A stretch of DNA of 52,130 nt from Octopus bimaculoides (GCF_001194135.2 NC_068982.1:26375595-26427724), one strand, 5' to 3'; positions 23,208 through 36,244 are shown, numbered from the stretch's first letter. Numbers and translations are program-made. The notes: generated from the letters alone by a model not told the origin.

Positions 23208-23560
23208 TAGTGAGAGAGTAGTGCATGCTATCAAACTGATACTGAAGCAGAATATACGAAGCCCAGTATATCCGTCATGACTACCCGTCTGATAAGAGTA
23301 CACCAGGCACATGCATTACAACCACATGTGCGTGACATATTGATCTCATATCAAGATAAACAGCACATAACCTTGCAGGTGGTGCCCAATGAGAATTTTC
23401 TTCAAGTCGAGTAGCCCGTCCCGATCAAAAAGTCCCTCAATAAGAGTTGTTTAAAGATGAGGAACGAAACACTTATGTTTCCAAAGATGAATTATCCAAA
23501 CTACAAAGAATTCCTCTCAACACATACATCCTCTACCTTGATACCCTCCCACTTTTGCTC
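23208..23560 (-). mobile_element. Dispersed retroelement 3' segment ending in (AAT)n; possibly the 3' UTR of, or a SINE partner to, an R4/Dong-like LINE
   Basis: Minus-strand end ...CTCTCTCACTAAATAATAAT resembles the ...CTACTGAATAATAAT terminus at 51917-51930; non-coding, more GC-rich than its flanks; family assignment is inference. Confidence 0.45.
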
Positions 23561-23826
23561 TTGTAATGAGTCTAAGTCTATAGATATTCTATCAATCCAA
23601 GGGGCCTTTTCATTGTGTGTTTTTTCTTCTGCCTAAATTTTATTCCAAAATTTCTGCACTTCATTTGATGGGACAGACTTTACTGTAACTGGTATTTTCT
23701 CTATCTTCCTGTAAACATTTTTGGGATTCACTTTCAAAATGTTGTTGACTTTGAAGAATTTAACGCGCTTTTCACACCTTGCTATGCAGGCAGCTTTAGC
23801 ACATGCCTTTTGCTTTTGCTTTTTCC

Positions 23827-23897
<71 letters not shown>

Positions 23898-23934
23898 TAT
23901 TATTATTATCATTATTATCATTATTAATATTTCA

Positions 23935-24030
23935 ATTTTTTGCCACAAGAGCAGCTTGAGGGAGGTGGGGATGAGTCGATTACATGGACCCCAGTCTTCA
24001 ACTGGTACTTATTGTATCGAACCCGAAAGG
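23935..24030 (-). mobile_element. SINE family A 3' fragment
   Basis: GAGTCGATTACATGGACCCCAGTCTTCAACTGGTACTTATTGTATCGAACCCGAAAGG. Confidence 0.6.
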
Positions 24031-24032
24031 TA

Positions 24033-24064
<32 letters not shown>

Positions 24065-24089
24065 AATAAAGAAAGAAAGAAGAGCGGGA

Positions 24090-25200
24090 GAGTTTTCCGA
24101 AAAGGCGGATTTTGGCTTTCTCGCGGGAATCGTTGTCGCTGTTGCTGATCTTGCTCTCGGTGCTGCTCTTAGAATTGCTGCTGTTGCTCTTTTCAAGGCT
24201 TCTTTCTTTGTGCCTCAGATGCTGCCGTTGCTCTAGTATTGTTGTTTTTCGGCCACTGGCAACAGTTACTGCAATATGTTGCTGTTGATTTTGTGTTGTT
24301 GGCAGTAATGTCCTCTTCCGCATTCTCATTCTGTTTTTCTTGAAGAGAGAAAGCACCTCCGTGGCATTCAGCGTCACACAATCTATGATTTCTGTTCTTG
24401 ACCGCAACACGCACCTTCAATCCATTGGGCAGGTAGGTGATATTGAATAACTTTTCCACCTTCCTCGGCTTGATCTAGAGGAGAATTTCTTTTGCGGTTG
24501 TAGACAAAATCTGTTCCGTTCGCTTTATGTTGAGGAGAGTCACAGGTCTCCAAAATAACACAGTTTAACAACCACCAGGTATATAACCAAGTTAGAACTC
24601 ACACTGTCTTAGTTCAACAAGTCATTTTCCCTAAATATGTTAGTTGAGTGTGAATTCCCTGTTGCGAATGAGAACTATGCAATATTTCAGCTTGAGAGCT
24701 TTACTTTTGAAGAAAACCTCTACTCTCCCGAACTGCCTTGTCCTTGTCACATGATTTATATCTGCTCATAATTCTTTGAGGATTCTTCCCACTGGAGCTT
24801 GTGTTGCTGCTTCTAGGCCTCGGATTTTAGCAGACATACAACAATAAATCACCGTCGTCCAAGCAGTTGCAACCAAAACTCTGGCTGTGGTGGCAATTTG
24901 TGTTCTCTTATCATTCACATTCACACGTTGTTTCACTTGTGTCAGATATATCTCCTACGCGTTTAAAGGGAGTAATAGGAGGTGAAGTCACTTACTTTGT
25001 CGTCGACATTATTCTTCTTGTTACGATTGTTGATTTTGTAGTTGTGTTTGTTTTTTCCGCTGCTGTTATAGTTGCTGTTTTATCTTGTTTCTCTCGTTTA
25101 TGTTGTTGCTGCTGCTGTCGTTGTTGCTTCTTTTGTTAAAATGTTTTCTTTTCCGTTGTCGTTGGCATTGCTCTTATTGTTGTTGTTCTCCTTCTGCAAA
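24090..25200 (-). mobile_element. Decayed gag-like ORF1 of a Tx1/L1-like LINE
   Basis: Broken frames GRVEVFFKS...ITYLPNGLKVRVAVKNRNHRLCDAECH followed by a K/S/T/A/Q-rich low-complexity tail; recalled similarity only. Confidence 0.45.
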
Positions 25201-25539
25201 TATTTTTTCTTGGTAGTGGTATGAAAAGATTTGCTACCTATGGAGGTAACACCACCATAATTCTAAACAACAAAAGACAGTCGAAAGCATATAAATATTA
25301 CAAAAAGAATGTTCTTTTTGGACACAATTTGGCATTCCTTCCTCCCGCTTGTGAAGTATAGATCCTAATTTGAAGTTTTAACAAACCGCTAAAAGAATAA
25401 AATTGGTTTAAACAAAATTAAAATGCCTTCTTTGTGTTAGATATACGATCAACAGAAAAATCACCACCACCATCAACATCAAAAATAATTTTTGTAGGAT
25501 TGCATACCTCCAGACACAACAAATCTATAAACACCAGAG

Positions 25540-25940
25540 AAAACTCACAACCTAAATGCAATTTCAAAACAACTATGGTTATGTTCCCTTTGAGTCAAAA
25601 ATGTCTGTCAAAACACTAGTCTACAGAGTAAATGCAGAATCATCAAACTGTACTGTAAATGAATAGACATAGGATTAATGAGGAACACTTTTAAAGCAAA
25701 AGTCCGATAGTTTGCCAATTCGTTTAGATTGAGATATAGGTTTAATATGTTATCAATTTTGAAATATATTTGTCTCATAAACGACAGAAAACGCAATCCA
25801 ACAGTATGATAAACTATCGTTTTAAAAGCAAAGATACTAAGATCCTTGTATTCAATAGCAATAATGTACAAATAAAAGACTTCAAGAGTTTGACTGTACA
25901 CCAGTAAATGTTGACAGAAGAGAAAAACAAGCATCTCGCG
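25540..25940 (+). mobile_element. PLE GIY-YIG endonuclease relic (same subtype as 12618-13010, more decayed)
   Basis: CNF...FPLSQKCLSKT-LVYRV...IGLMRNTFKAK...NSFRL...LKYIC; frameshifted. Confidence 0.7.
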
Positions 25941-26182
25941 CTTTTATGAAAAGAAATATAAGTGTCAACCACCTGTATATTTCGAATTCCAAACTTGCGG
26001 AGTCCATAACCACCAACCGACTCATTTAGTAATGAGAGATCTGGCTAAAATAATTTGAAATCTAAGGCAAAATGTTCCTACTCACAAACCATATACTGTC
26101 TCTTACCTTAAGAAAGACATGTCCTTTCGAGTAATTATGTAACACATGGAATACCAAAATTCACGCACTGAAAATTTTACAC

Positions 26183-26405
26183 TTAACCCATAAAGCAATA
26201 AAACAGGCCATATCAGACCCAAATATTTTACCTATTTTATGTTCAAACTGACCACATTTGGTCTGTCACATCTGTCACATCTATCATACAATGTCATTCT
26301 AAAGTAAATAATCAATTCATCGAAGTCTCGAAGCTAAGAGATAATGCATAATGAATTTAAAGCATTACGAATATATAAGCATTACATTTGACAGAGGAAT
26401 CTGAA
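26183..26405 (+). mobile_element. piggyBac-like MITE with a degraded right end
   Basis: Starts TTAA|CCC (piggyBac target plus terminus), body ...GGCCATATCAGACCCAAATATTTTACC...AAGCATTACATTTGACAGAGGAATCTGAA; the expected GGG|TTAA is missing. Confidence 0.5.
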
Positions 26406-26849
26406 ACAAATATTTTAGTTGTGAATGATCTCCCTGTTTCTGTGATTTACGTAGTCCCAGTAACAAAGGAACAAACCAAAAATAACAGCAAAATAAAATC
26501 GAGGAACTAATTATATTTTACACTATTCTGGCTTTAACATACTTATGATTGGTTTATAAACAATGTTTATATGCATTCTTGTGTTTCGTTTGGATCAATG
26601 AATTTTAAACCAATCCTCAACGTTTCTATGCTTATATGTAAGGATGTGAAGTAATATTAGTGTATATATTGTAGGAAAATGTGATTCCACAAACCTCTAT
26701 CATCACATATTATTTAGACGTTACCGTTAGAATTTGAAATTTGATCGTTAGATAAATCAATAGGTACATGTAAATTTTGGTTTGTGATTTTTTTCGGGGG
26801 GGGGGGGGTAATTAAAAAGTTGCGTTGCGTTGTGAGTAAATCCGTAATT

Positions 26850-27640
26850 AATCTTCTACCTTTGTGATAAATTCCGTATATAATGGCTATGTTAGCCACG
26901 GATGTTTTCTTCTCCTGTATATATCTTGTATTATGGAGTACGTTGCAATTTCTCTTTATTTTAAGCGCATATCCTATGAAGGTTGTGCTTGTATGTCCAA
27001 TGCAAGAGTAACGATCATAGTATATACACTTTCATATTTCAAATTGAATTTCCAAATTAGGCTGGCCATTTGTATTTTATTCTCAGACTCACATATTTGA
27101 TTGTTTTTACCAGGATACATTTTTTGTATATATTTTAGTGTTTGAGGAGTATATTATTAGTGTTAATAGTGTTATTTAGTGTTATTTTGTGTTGACTTTT
27201 GTTTTTCTTTTTACTGCACTCTTGATGATATATTCATCTGATTTAATGTCAGGAGATATGTGGCTTCTAGAGTACACAGTGTTTGTGGTTGAGTATAATT
27301 GTAATCTGTGTCATGTAATATCAGATGCATTTACAGCCTTGTATTTGGGTCTATTTTAAGTATTTTAGTCTTCTAGATTGTAAGAATGCCAGCTGTTTTA
27401 ATACATTTATTTATCTTCTGCTTCATTTTCAGAAGACAATGTAAGTGCTCTTCTTAGTTGGGATTTTATCACTAACTTTTGTAATTATGTGGATATACGT
27501 TCTTTCCGTGTAAGTATATGCATTTTACATGTGTCTTTAGTATTAATTGACTTTATATGTTCTTTTCAACTTGTCCTTTTCAGTGCGACTAGAACTGGAT
27601 CTGTACTTGAATTAGTTTAGCACATAATCGTTTTCTGATC
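26850..27640 (-). mobile_element. Possible PLE N-terminal-region relic
   Basis: Broken frames such as QVEKNI*...HVKC...KNVYPH and LLLHW/IIQDI-like segments; weak. Confidence 0.35.
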
Positions 27641-27760
27641 TTTTAATTTCTCATAAGAAATATAACCCAAAATTATGATGAAAACGTGGAAACTAGAACA
27701 AATGAATGAGTATGTAACGGTGTGTGAGCTCGAATATTTATATTAGTATACGTGTGTGTG

Positions 27761-27802
<42 letters not shown>

Positions 27803-28299
27803 TGTGTGTGTGTGTGNNNNNNNNNNTGTGTGTGTGTGTGTGTGTATGTGTGTGTGTGTGTGTGTGTATGTGTGTGTGTGTGTGTGTGTGAATATATGAC
27901 AGTATTCGGCAGCAGTGTGTCGCAAAGTGCAGCAGCGCCAATGTTGTATAGTTGTATTGTTTAGTTCCGTGAAATGTCTTAGTCTGCATAGTTGCGTGAT
28001 TTCATTGGTTAAGCTGTGTGTAACTCGTGTTATTATCTCTAATGCCTTATGTTCGATTGCTAAAGGCATATCCTGTTAGCTGAACAGATTTTATGAAACA
28101 ACGAACGCAGGTGATGCGTATTAGAAACCTATCCACTAATATAAATGCACTCTGTTGCCTTGTATAAACAGTTTCAATTAAATTTCCAGGTCACTGATAT
28201 AAATGTCAGCAATACTGTTCTTGTTGCTTTTCTATGTCTCTTTGGAATTCTCTCGTATCTGGGTCGTTGATGCTGCTGGTGTTAGCTTTAGATGAAAAT

Positions 28300-29100
28300 G
28301 AAAATTAGCTACCCGTCTGTTCAGCATATAGTGACTCAACACACACTCTAACCTCTGTTTCAAACCCATGCTGTTTGCTCATTCTGCCTTGTATACCACT
28401 TTTGTAGTACTTACAGCGCCATAGTGTATCTCTCTCTTCGAAGCTGAGCACAACATTCTTGGTAGGAGTTCGCAATCCATAGCTATAGCGATGAGTTTTG
28501 GAACCGGACTGAGGTAAAAATGATTTTGTCTCCCGCAAAACTCAGAGCATCAGAGCATTTTTAATGGCACAGCACCCACGCCAGCCGATCCCAGTTGTTC
28601 TACAGACATGAGTGCTGGCCATCCTACTGGTCCGATACCCTTGGCCAATTCAGCTATCTGTACCAATTCGTTGAAAACTATCGCCATATTTTAGACGATT
28701 TCGGCTTTCAGGAGCACTCAGAACACACTATCTCTCGGGCTTCTGTTGAATTTGAATACCAACATCAAACCGGAAGACAAATAAGGGGCCGAGGTTGTGT
28801 AGAGCACTGACCTCTATAGTAGTGTGACAGTTCCACAAAATCCTCTTCAATTGCCGTTTACTGTCTGACTCATCACTAGTTGTCTCCTTCACTATCTGCC
28901 AACTTTGTACCCTCCACACACTCTAACATTATTTTCAGCACACATCAGACTCTAGCATTTACTTTCTCCCTAAATTCCGTAGAGCCGTTAACTCCCACCG
29001 CCTTACAGTTACATTTCCTCTCAGCTCATCTCCAGTCACTTTGGTATCCACTTCCAACGGTTGGTGGAAGCTCTCTCCTTCCACATCCACGATATAAACC
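28300..29100 (-). mobile_element. Decayed LINE (RTE/L2-like) linker to RT region
   Basis: WQIVKET, EFREKV, FEERD-LWRC and GFETEVRVC-like remnants; many stops. Confidence 0.45.
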
Positions 29101-29124
29101 AAGCAAACAGCCGCTTCAAATCTT

Positions 29125-29211
<87 letters not shown>

Positions 29212-29413
29212 CTCAGGCCCTCCTGACTTGTCCTTATATAACGTCAGGTGTTGCGCTCTTCATCACATTCTTGACTTCATTGGCGCTCTGTGATCTATTA
29301 CCTCTTGTCTGTTCAGCTGAGTAGCCGAACTTGTAGTTACCTTCGTTTCGATCTTTCCTTTTCTCTCTCTCTGTCTCTCTCTCCCTCCCCCATCTCTCTC
29401 TCACTCGCTATTC

Positions 29414-29453
<40 letters not shown>

Positions 29454-29538
29454 CAAATTTACAAAAAAAGACAAAAGACGAAGACAGGTGTAGAAATAAG
29501 CAGGTGTATTAGTTTAACGCTGGGGAAAATGGAAAAGT

Positions 29539-29574
29539 CTTTTACGTTTCGAGCTTACGCTCTTGAGCAGAAAC
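29539..29574 (-). ncRNA. Degenerate minimal hammerhead-like motif (core mutated)
   Basis: TTT CTGCTCA A GAGC GTAA GCTC GAA AC GT A AAA; stems I, II and the AC/GT palindrome are present, but the core is CUGCUCA instead of CUGANGA. Confidence 0.35.
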
Positions 29575-29635
29575 GAATAAGAGGGGGAAATGGGGAGAGA
29601 ACGAAAAACATGGAGAGAGAAAAACTGTAGAATTC

Positions 29636-30009
29636 AGTGGAGGAACCCAAAAGTAAACGGAAATGCTCTCTCCGGGACAAGCCTGTCGTAGTTTAGGCTT
29701 CCGCCGCAAGAAGCCACTTGATGCGACCCACAGATATTCGTATGCTGACTGGCGTCGATGATTTAAGCCTTACTACCATGTAGTGCGTTTTTTGTTATCA
29801 GTGATTCTTCCCTGTTCGTAGATATTTACGATGGCAGAAACAAAAGAACAGCGTGCTTCTTTGAAATTCTGTTTATTGGGGAAACAGCGGCCGAAACAGT
29901 TATCATGCTTCTAACAGTTTACAAGGACGCTGCCATGAGCAAAATACAAGTTTACGAGTGGTTTTCACAATTTAGGAATTGTCGCTTGTTGCTTGTAGAT
30001 CAACCTCGT
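29636..30009 (+). mobile_element. mariner element 5' end: TIR-like sequence and transposase N-terminus
   Basis: CAGTGGAGGAACCCAAAAGTAAACGGAA at the left end; ATG at 29831: MAETKEQRASLKFC.../TAAETVIMLLTVYKDAAMSKIQVYEWFSQFRN...DQPR. Confidence 0.85.
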
Positions 30010-30682
30010 ATCTATGTACACATTTCTGTATACATATATACATACACGTATTCAAATAAACACTCTCACACACACACATACACACATATATACACACATA
30101 GATATTCTAATATACTTATATAGTTACTCATTTTTCACATATAGGTCTGTTGTCATTACAAGCACTCTCCTAGTTTCTCCTATTTCAACGATATCATATA
30201 ATCTTAACTGAAATAAATTTGAAAATTCCTGATGATGGAATGAAGCATTTTCACTTGTGTAAAAAGTAACTATCACCCCAGTACATGATCGCTAAATATA
30301 CATTTTAAGAACAAGCTGCGACTGAATATTTAAACTATAAAATACAATATGTTAGAATGTCATAGACATCCAAGCATAAAATTACACAAATATCTTGCAT
30401 GTTCAAAATTGAAATAAGAATAAGTATTCTTTGCTAATGAAATTTAATTTATTAATAATTTATGTCGCACTGATAGAAATGAAAGAATGGCGTTAGTCCT
30501 AAGGAAATTTGACGATATTCTCAAGATATTGCTTTCTGCAATTTCCCGAAACGATTACATCTACTTAGTCATGCAATTTCTAAGGAGTTTTAAATATCTA
30601 CAACTCTGAAGTCGCATTGCCAACTTTTTATGAAACGGGCTTCACTAAAAGCAGTGAATCTTCAGCTTTAAACGAATATGCA

Positions 30683-30723
<41 letters not shown>

Positions 30724-31179
30724 TGGATACATTTCAGTTTCTATTGGTTTACTTTTCCATTCCAAATCTGCTTTCTCCCTACCGTATAATTTTCTAACAG
30801 TCCTTTCCAGTTCTTGATTCCAAATCATATGCATAAAGATATGTGTGTGTATGTGTGTATGTATATACGTGTGTATATGTATGTGTGCTTGCGTGCACGT
30901 ACGTGTTAATTTACAGTTGAAAATCTCCGCCGTCCGTTGATACAGGGGTTTCTTTTATGGATATATTTCAAATGTAAGACCTCAAATGATCTTCAAATTC
31001 CTTTATAGTTTTACGCCTAGGTAGCATATGTTTTATCAATTCTCCATAGAGACTTGCTTGCAAATTTGAAATTCATTTTTGCAAACCGCTCTTTTATGGG
31101 GATGTAAATATGGCAACACTAGTTTATAAAACACAATTTGAAATGTGTGATGCTACAGAGTTTCAAATGCAGCACTGAA

Positions 31180-31450
31180 AATAGAGGCACGGAATAGCTA
31201 TAACGGCTTTAGCAAAGCTACATAGATAAAGAACTCATTGGAAATGCAGTTTCTCCAGCAATATCATGGACATATCAATTAATAGAAAAGCAATGACCTT
31301 GCAATGTCCAATAACGATGCAGTGAAATCTGTATAGCTTTGTCTGAAAACACAAAATAAAAAGAAATTTGTTGAATGCGAAGTGAATTCCATAAGATGTA
31401 GCTTTCAGAGAATATTGCTGTCCTGTTAATCGGTTTCAGTGTAACAATAG
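31180..31450 (+). mobile_element. RTE-like LINE post-RT fragment
   Basis: RIAITALAKLHR and RC-FQRIL-like remnants in broken frames. Confidence 0.45.
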
Positions 31451-31802
31451 TATATTGTATTTACTTCTTTCAAGTCTAAAATAATTTTCGTTTTTCAGGC
31501 TATCCTGCACAAATGATCATTAAATAGATATGTAGAATCATTTTGAATTGATATAACTGGAAGTCACCATTTACTGATTAATAATCTATGTCTGCAGACA
31601 GAATAGCCAATTTGATGGTTAATTAACATTTCGTATCACGAATTTAAACTCTTCAACCTAGAATCAGAAGAAGGGTCGTTCACACAGCTGGTCGATGACT
31701 TATCAGACAGTATATTTCTCAACGCAGCACACGTACATACATACATACATACATACATACATACATACATACATACAAACATATATTGCGCATGTATGCG
31801 AG

Positions 31803-31837
<35 letters not shown>

Positions 31838-32301
31838 CGTTTTTGGATTTGGTTTGCAAAAATCTTTATGCGGGTTCGTGTGTTGAAGCATATTCTGTTG
31901 TGTTTGAGGAGAGTCATTCTCTGTTCGTGCCTTATAATTTAACACACTCACCGGTAAAAATTTCCACTTATTTCCTTTTTTATTTTTCTGAACTTTTCGT
32001 TACGTCTTGCAATCTTTACAATACTTTTGACTTTCAGAGTCAAAACTATTGAAAAGGTTNNNNNNNNNNNNNNNNNNNNNNNNNNNNNNNNNNNNNNNNN
32101 NNNNNNNNNNNNNNNNNNNNNNNNNNNNNNNNNNNNNNNNNNNNNNNNNNNNNNNNNNNNNNNNNNNNNNNATATATATATATATATACATACAGACATA
32201 TACACACATACAACATATAGAGGTAATACGATGCTGTAGATAGTGGCACTACGTTTGAAAACAGGTATTTCTAGTCCTTATCTTTCTACTAAATCTCTTA
32301 C

Positions 32302-32438
32302 ATGGCTTTCATCGAGGTAATCTGATAAACTGCTTCTGCTGACGTCCAAAAGCAAAGAATTACTCCGCGAAAAGTTTTGATGATGAAGTAAAGGGCCATT
32401 AATCTCTCATCCAGTCGGCGGATACGATAAATATGCTT
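32302..32438 (-). CDS. Weak candidate exon (phase 0 to 2)
   Basis: Pyrimidine-rich acceptor ...TTGTTTAACTACCAG|, donor CAT|GTAAGA; 137 nt; one open frame KHIYRIRRLDERLMALYFIIKTFRGVILCFWTSAEAVYQITSMKA. Confidence 0.25.
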
Positions 32439-32499
32439 CTGGTAGTTAAACAATAGATATAAGAAATATAAGCACATGAAATATAAGAACATTGAAACG

Positions 32500-33250
32500 G
32501 GAAACTACCAGATCTCACATATAAGATGGAAAGGTACATTTGGCACCACTTCGGTATCTATAGAACCAGGTGTAAGAATATTTGAGAAATGCAGACTTGG
32601 GAATGAAATGCAGTAAGAATTACCTTGTGAATGAGGTAGGGTTCCTAGTTATGAAATACTTCAACGCCAACCAGTATCAAACCACCTCATAACTAACCAC
32701 CAGAAGGTATAGTCATTTACAATTACAGGGACACATCTCTTTGCCCCAATAGCAGACGATGACAGCAAAATACACTGAACAATTCTATAGTATTTCACGA
32801 TGTTATCAACAAGACAGACAGAAAAGATATGTTTATCCTCTAGGGCGACTGAAATGACTGAGAATTGAAGGATGCACAAGGTGACCAAGGGGAAATCGTC
32901 TGCCTTGATGTAATGATATCGCACATTAAAGGGATTTTCATGTGTTGGAGCATGATAGTTATAATAACACGGTAGTATCAAATATACTGGGTAAGCATAA
33001 AGCCTCATACATAGGGAACGGGAATGCTAGCAGATGATCACACCAAAGACTCTGAAATCGCATTGTCTTAGACTGTCTTAGCATAAAAACAGTATAAAAC
33101 CGAAGTAAACGCACAACATAAACATTTACAGATGTAAATAGTAAGCATGACCATGTGATGATGAAATTCAGGGTTCTATTATGGAGAACTAACAAAAGGA
33201 AAACGGCTATAGTGAGGATAAATTTAAACAAACTTTTGTTGGTTTTAATT
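32500..33250 (+). mobile_element. Decayed LINE apurinic-endonuclease region (RTE-like)
   Basis: Remnants resembling I..YAPT, EQFY and GDF(N/H) in the expected order; many indels. Confidence 0.4.
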
Positions 33251-35159
33251 CTTCATCACAAAACTTAATGAACTTAGAACCTCCGAGGAATCTCAAGCAA
33301 CTCTTGGAAAATTTTCATCATTATTATTCTTTTAAAAAGACTTCGAGGTTACAAGCTACAAGTTCAATGCTGTGATGACAGAAAGAATCAAGGAAGTTCT
33401 GAAGATACCGATCGCAAATCGCAACTGAGGTGCCACCAAAATATTGGCTGTAAGCGATAAAAGCAGGAAACTATAGAAAGATAAGAGTAAAACACAGTAT
33501 ACGTAAAATATGAGACAATCAAAAAGGAAATTTAGATAGAGATAAGAGAAGGAAACCAAAGATGTGTGCTGAAAATTTTCAGTATATAATGATAATAGCC
33601 TTTCTAGCAACAAAATGAAATGACATTCCAATTTTGGAAAATGCCTCACCGAAGGAACGAAATGAACTATAAGCATCGTACAAAGAAAACATGGGAAATA
33701 GATGAAGGAAGAAACAGAAACAACGAAAGATTTATATATATATAAACCCGGAACCATGTGATTCGTAATACATATATATACATATATATATATATATANN
33801 NNNNNNNNNNNNNNNNNNNNNNNNNNNNNNNNNNNNNNNNNNNNNNNNNNNNNNNNNNNNNNNNNNNNNNNNNNNNNNNNNNNNNNNNNNNNNNNNNNNN
33901 NNNNNNNNNNNNNNNNNNNNNNNNNNNNNNNNNNNNNNNNNNNNNNNNNNNNNNNNNNNNNNNNNNNNNNNNNNNNNNNNNNNNNNNNNNNNNNNNNNNN
34001 NNNNNNNNNNNNNNNNNNNNNNNNNNNNAGTCCTTTATAAGTGCGTGCACACATATGAGCGTGCACACATACGAGCTTGCACACACTCACATGCTCATAC
34101 AGGAACAGTTTCGAAACAACGCCAAAACAACGCCAGATCATACATTCAAAATAAATGGAAGTGGAGAGACAACTTACTGAAGAGATTGCAAGAGTGCAAT
34201 CAAATAATTTAACAAAAAACTATATAAATTAATAAAGGACTGAACCAGTGCGTGTGTTTATTACCGACATAATGCCTCTCCCGAGGTTCAGTTGTATATG
34301 TATATATATATATATATATATTACGAAACACATCTATCAAGGAAAAGGGGAAAGAGAAGTGGATAGATAGATAGATAGATTGATAGATTATCCTCTATGT
34401 CTGTCTCTCCTTATTTAATATTGTTCGATGATCATTAAATATTCGATAAACTACTACCTTCAATGTGTTCCAAAACCTAATTAATACTTTGTCTAATATG
34501 ACAACGCTTAGCCTCTTGGATTACGAGACAAATGATGGAATTACTGACTAAGATCTTACTAAATATATATGTTTATTTCAGCTATTTATATCCATTCTGT
34601 GTTGTTGAAAATATTGCTGAAATCTGTTAACGAAAAATCCCTGCAGGATTTGCAGGACGTAGATTCTAAATTATGAGCAACACATAAATAACTAGGAAAC
34701 AATGGAATATATCGTCTGATAACCGATATGGATTGGATTTGTTAATCAAATTTTTCACCCACGGAGAAAGAGTAAGTTTCTAACCCGGAAACAAGGCTTT
34801 TTCACTGAAATTCAGACAACAGAGCATGGACAGAACAGTATGCGTGCATGTTTGTATGGGTGTACATGGACCTATGTACGTATATATTTGTAAAGATATG
34901 TTTTGATGTGTGTCTCATATATATACATATATGAGAGGTATTGGTATCTAGTAGACCCAAAGAGTGGCATGTAACGCCAAGTAAGTGCTATGGACAGACT
35001 GTAGTTAAACTCTTGGTTCGATAGTAATACGAGTGAAGAGTTTAATGTGGGACTTGTATTAGCATCATATAAATATATATATATTAGACAAAATGAGATA
35101 ACAAAGCCAAGGCTGTGAGTAGTTTGCAGGACATTTATAAGGAAAAAAATATAGATATA

Positions 35160-35207
35160 GTCTTACGGCTGTTTCTGGGATGTTATGGATATCGCTTCAT
35201 CAGAGAC
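35160..35207 (-). ncRNA. Minimal type-I hammerhead ribozyme-like motif (PLE terminal-repeat type)
   Basis: GTCT CTGATGA A GCGAT ATCCATAAC ATCCC A GAA AC AGCC GT A AGAC; stem I GTCT/AGAC perfect, GUA triplet, one mismatch in stem II. Confidence 0.6.
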
Positions 35208-35257
35208 GATGTAAGATGGTTAAATAGAGGTAAATATTATTCTTGTATTCTTTTAAA

Positions 35258-35625
35258 TATTTCAGTCATTTGACTGCGCTTTAAAATGCTTTAGTCGGAG
35301 AAATCGACCCTAAGACTTATTTTTGTAAGCCTAGTAGTTATTCTGTCTTTCTCTTTGCCGAACCGCTAAGTTACGGGAACATAAACACATGAACACACCA
35401 GCATCGGTTGTCAAGCGATAACATGGGGACAAACACAGACAGACAGACGCACACAAATATATACATATATATATAGACGACAGGTTTCTTTCAGTTTACG
35501 TCTACCAAATCCACTCACAAGGGTTTGGCCGACCCGAGTCTATAATAGTAGAGACCTTTTCCCAAATGCCACGCAATGGGACTGAACACAGAACCATGTG
35601 GTTGGGAAACAAGTTTCCCAAACTG

Positions 35626-35626
<1 letters not shown>
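35258..35626 (-). mobile_element. tRNA-derived SINE family B, near full length
   Basis: Reverse complement: ...CCAACCACATGGTTCTGTGTTCAGTCCCATTGCGTGGCATTTGGGAAAGG...GTGAGTGGATTTGGTAGACG...CGCTTGACAACCGATGCTGG...CAGTCAAATGACTGAAA. Confidence 0.85.
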
Positions 35627-35670
<44 letters not shown>

Positions 35671-36206
35671 NNNNNNNNNNNNNNNNNNNNNNNNNNNNNN
35701 NNNNNNNNNNNNNNNNNNNNNNNNNNNNNNNNNNNNNNNNNNNNNNNNNNNNNNNNNNNNNNNNNNNNNNNNNNNNNNNNNNNNNNNNNNNNNNNNNNNN
35801 NNNNNNNNNNNNNNNNNNNNNNNNNNNNNNNNNNNNNNNNNNNNNNNNNNNNNNNNNNNNNNNNNNNNNNNNNTAATCTTCAATCTCCATTGAATTACTC
35901 TTTATTACCATAATTATATTTGCATACTATATCTTACCCATAACAAACCTAGCACCCCCTCGCCGAGACATATACCATCACTAATCATAAACAATATTAT
36001 TCAGTCTGCAATAATGATTCAAATAATTAACACATAAAATATCTAAGGGTATATTCTTCCTCCCTCTGAAGAGATTAACCTCAGAAATATGATTTTAATA
36101 CCTATTTAATTTCACTGAACCTAATTGAAACAGCTGTCAGGGATAATGATAGATATTTTGCTGATAATAAACTGTTATTAACTTCAATATCTCCATTTTC
36201 GTATTA

Positions 36207-36244
<38 letters not shown>

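Noticed and set aside
30229-30253. CTGATGA followed by a weak GGAA/TTTC stem
   Set aside because: No GAAA half of the hammerhead core follows
34581-34771. Plus-strand exon candidate ending at a strong AGA|GTAAGT donor
   Set aside because: Frames from the good acceptor all hit stops; the only open option needs a weak acceptor and has no partner exons
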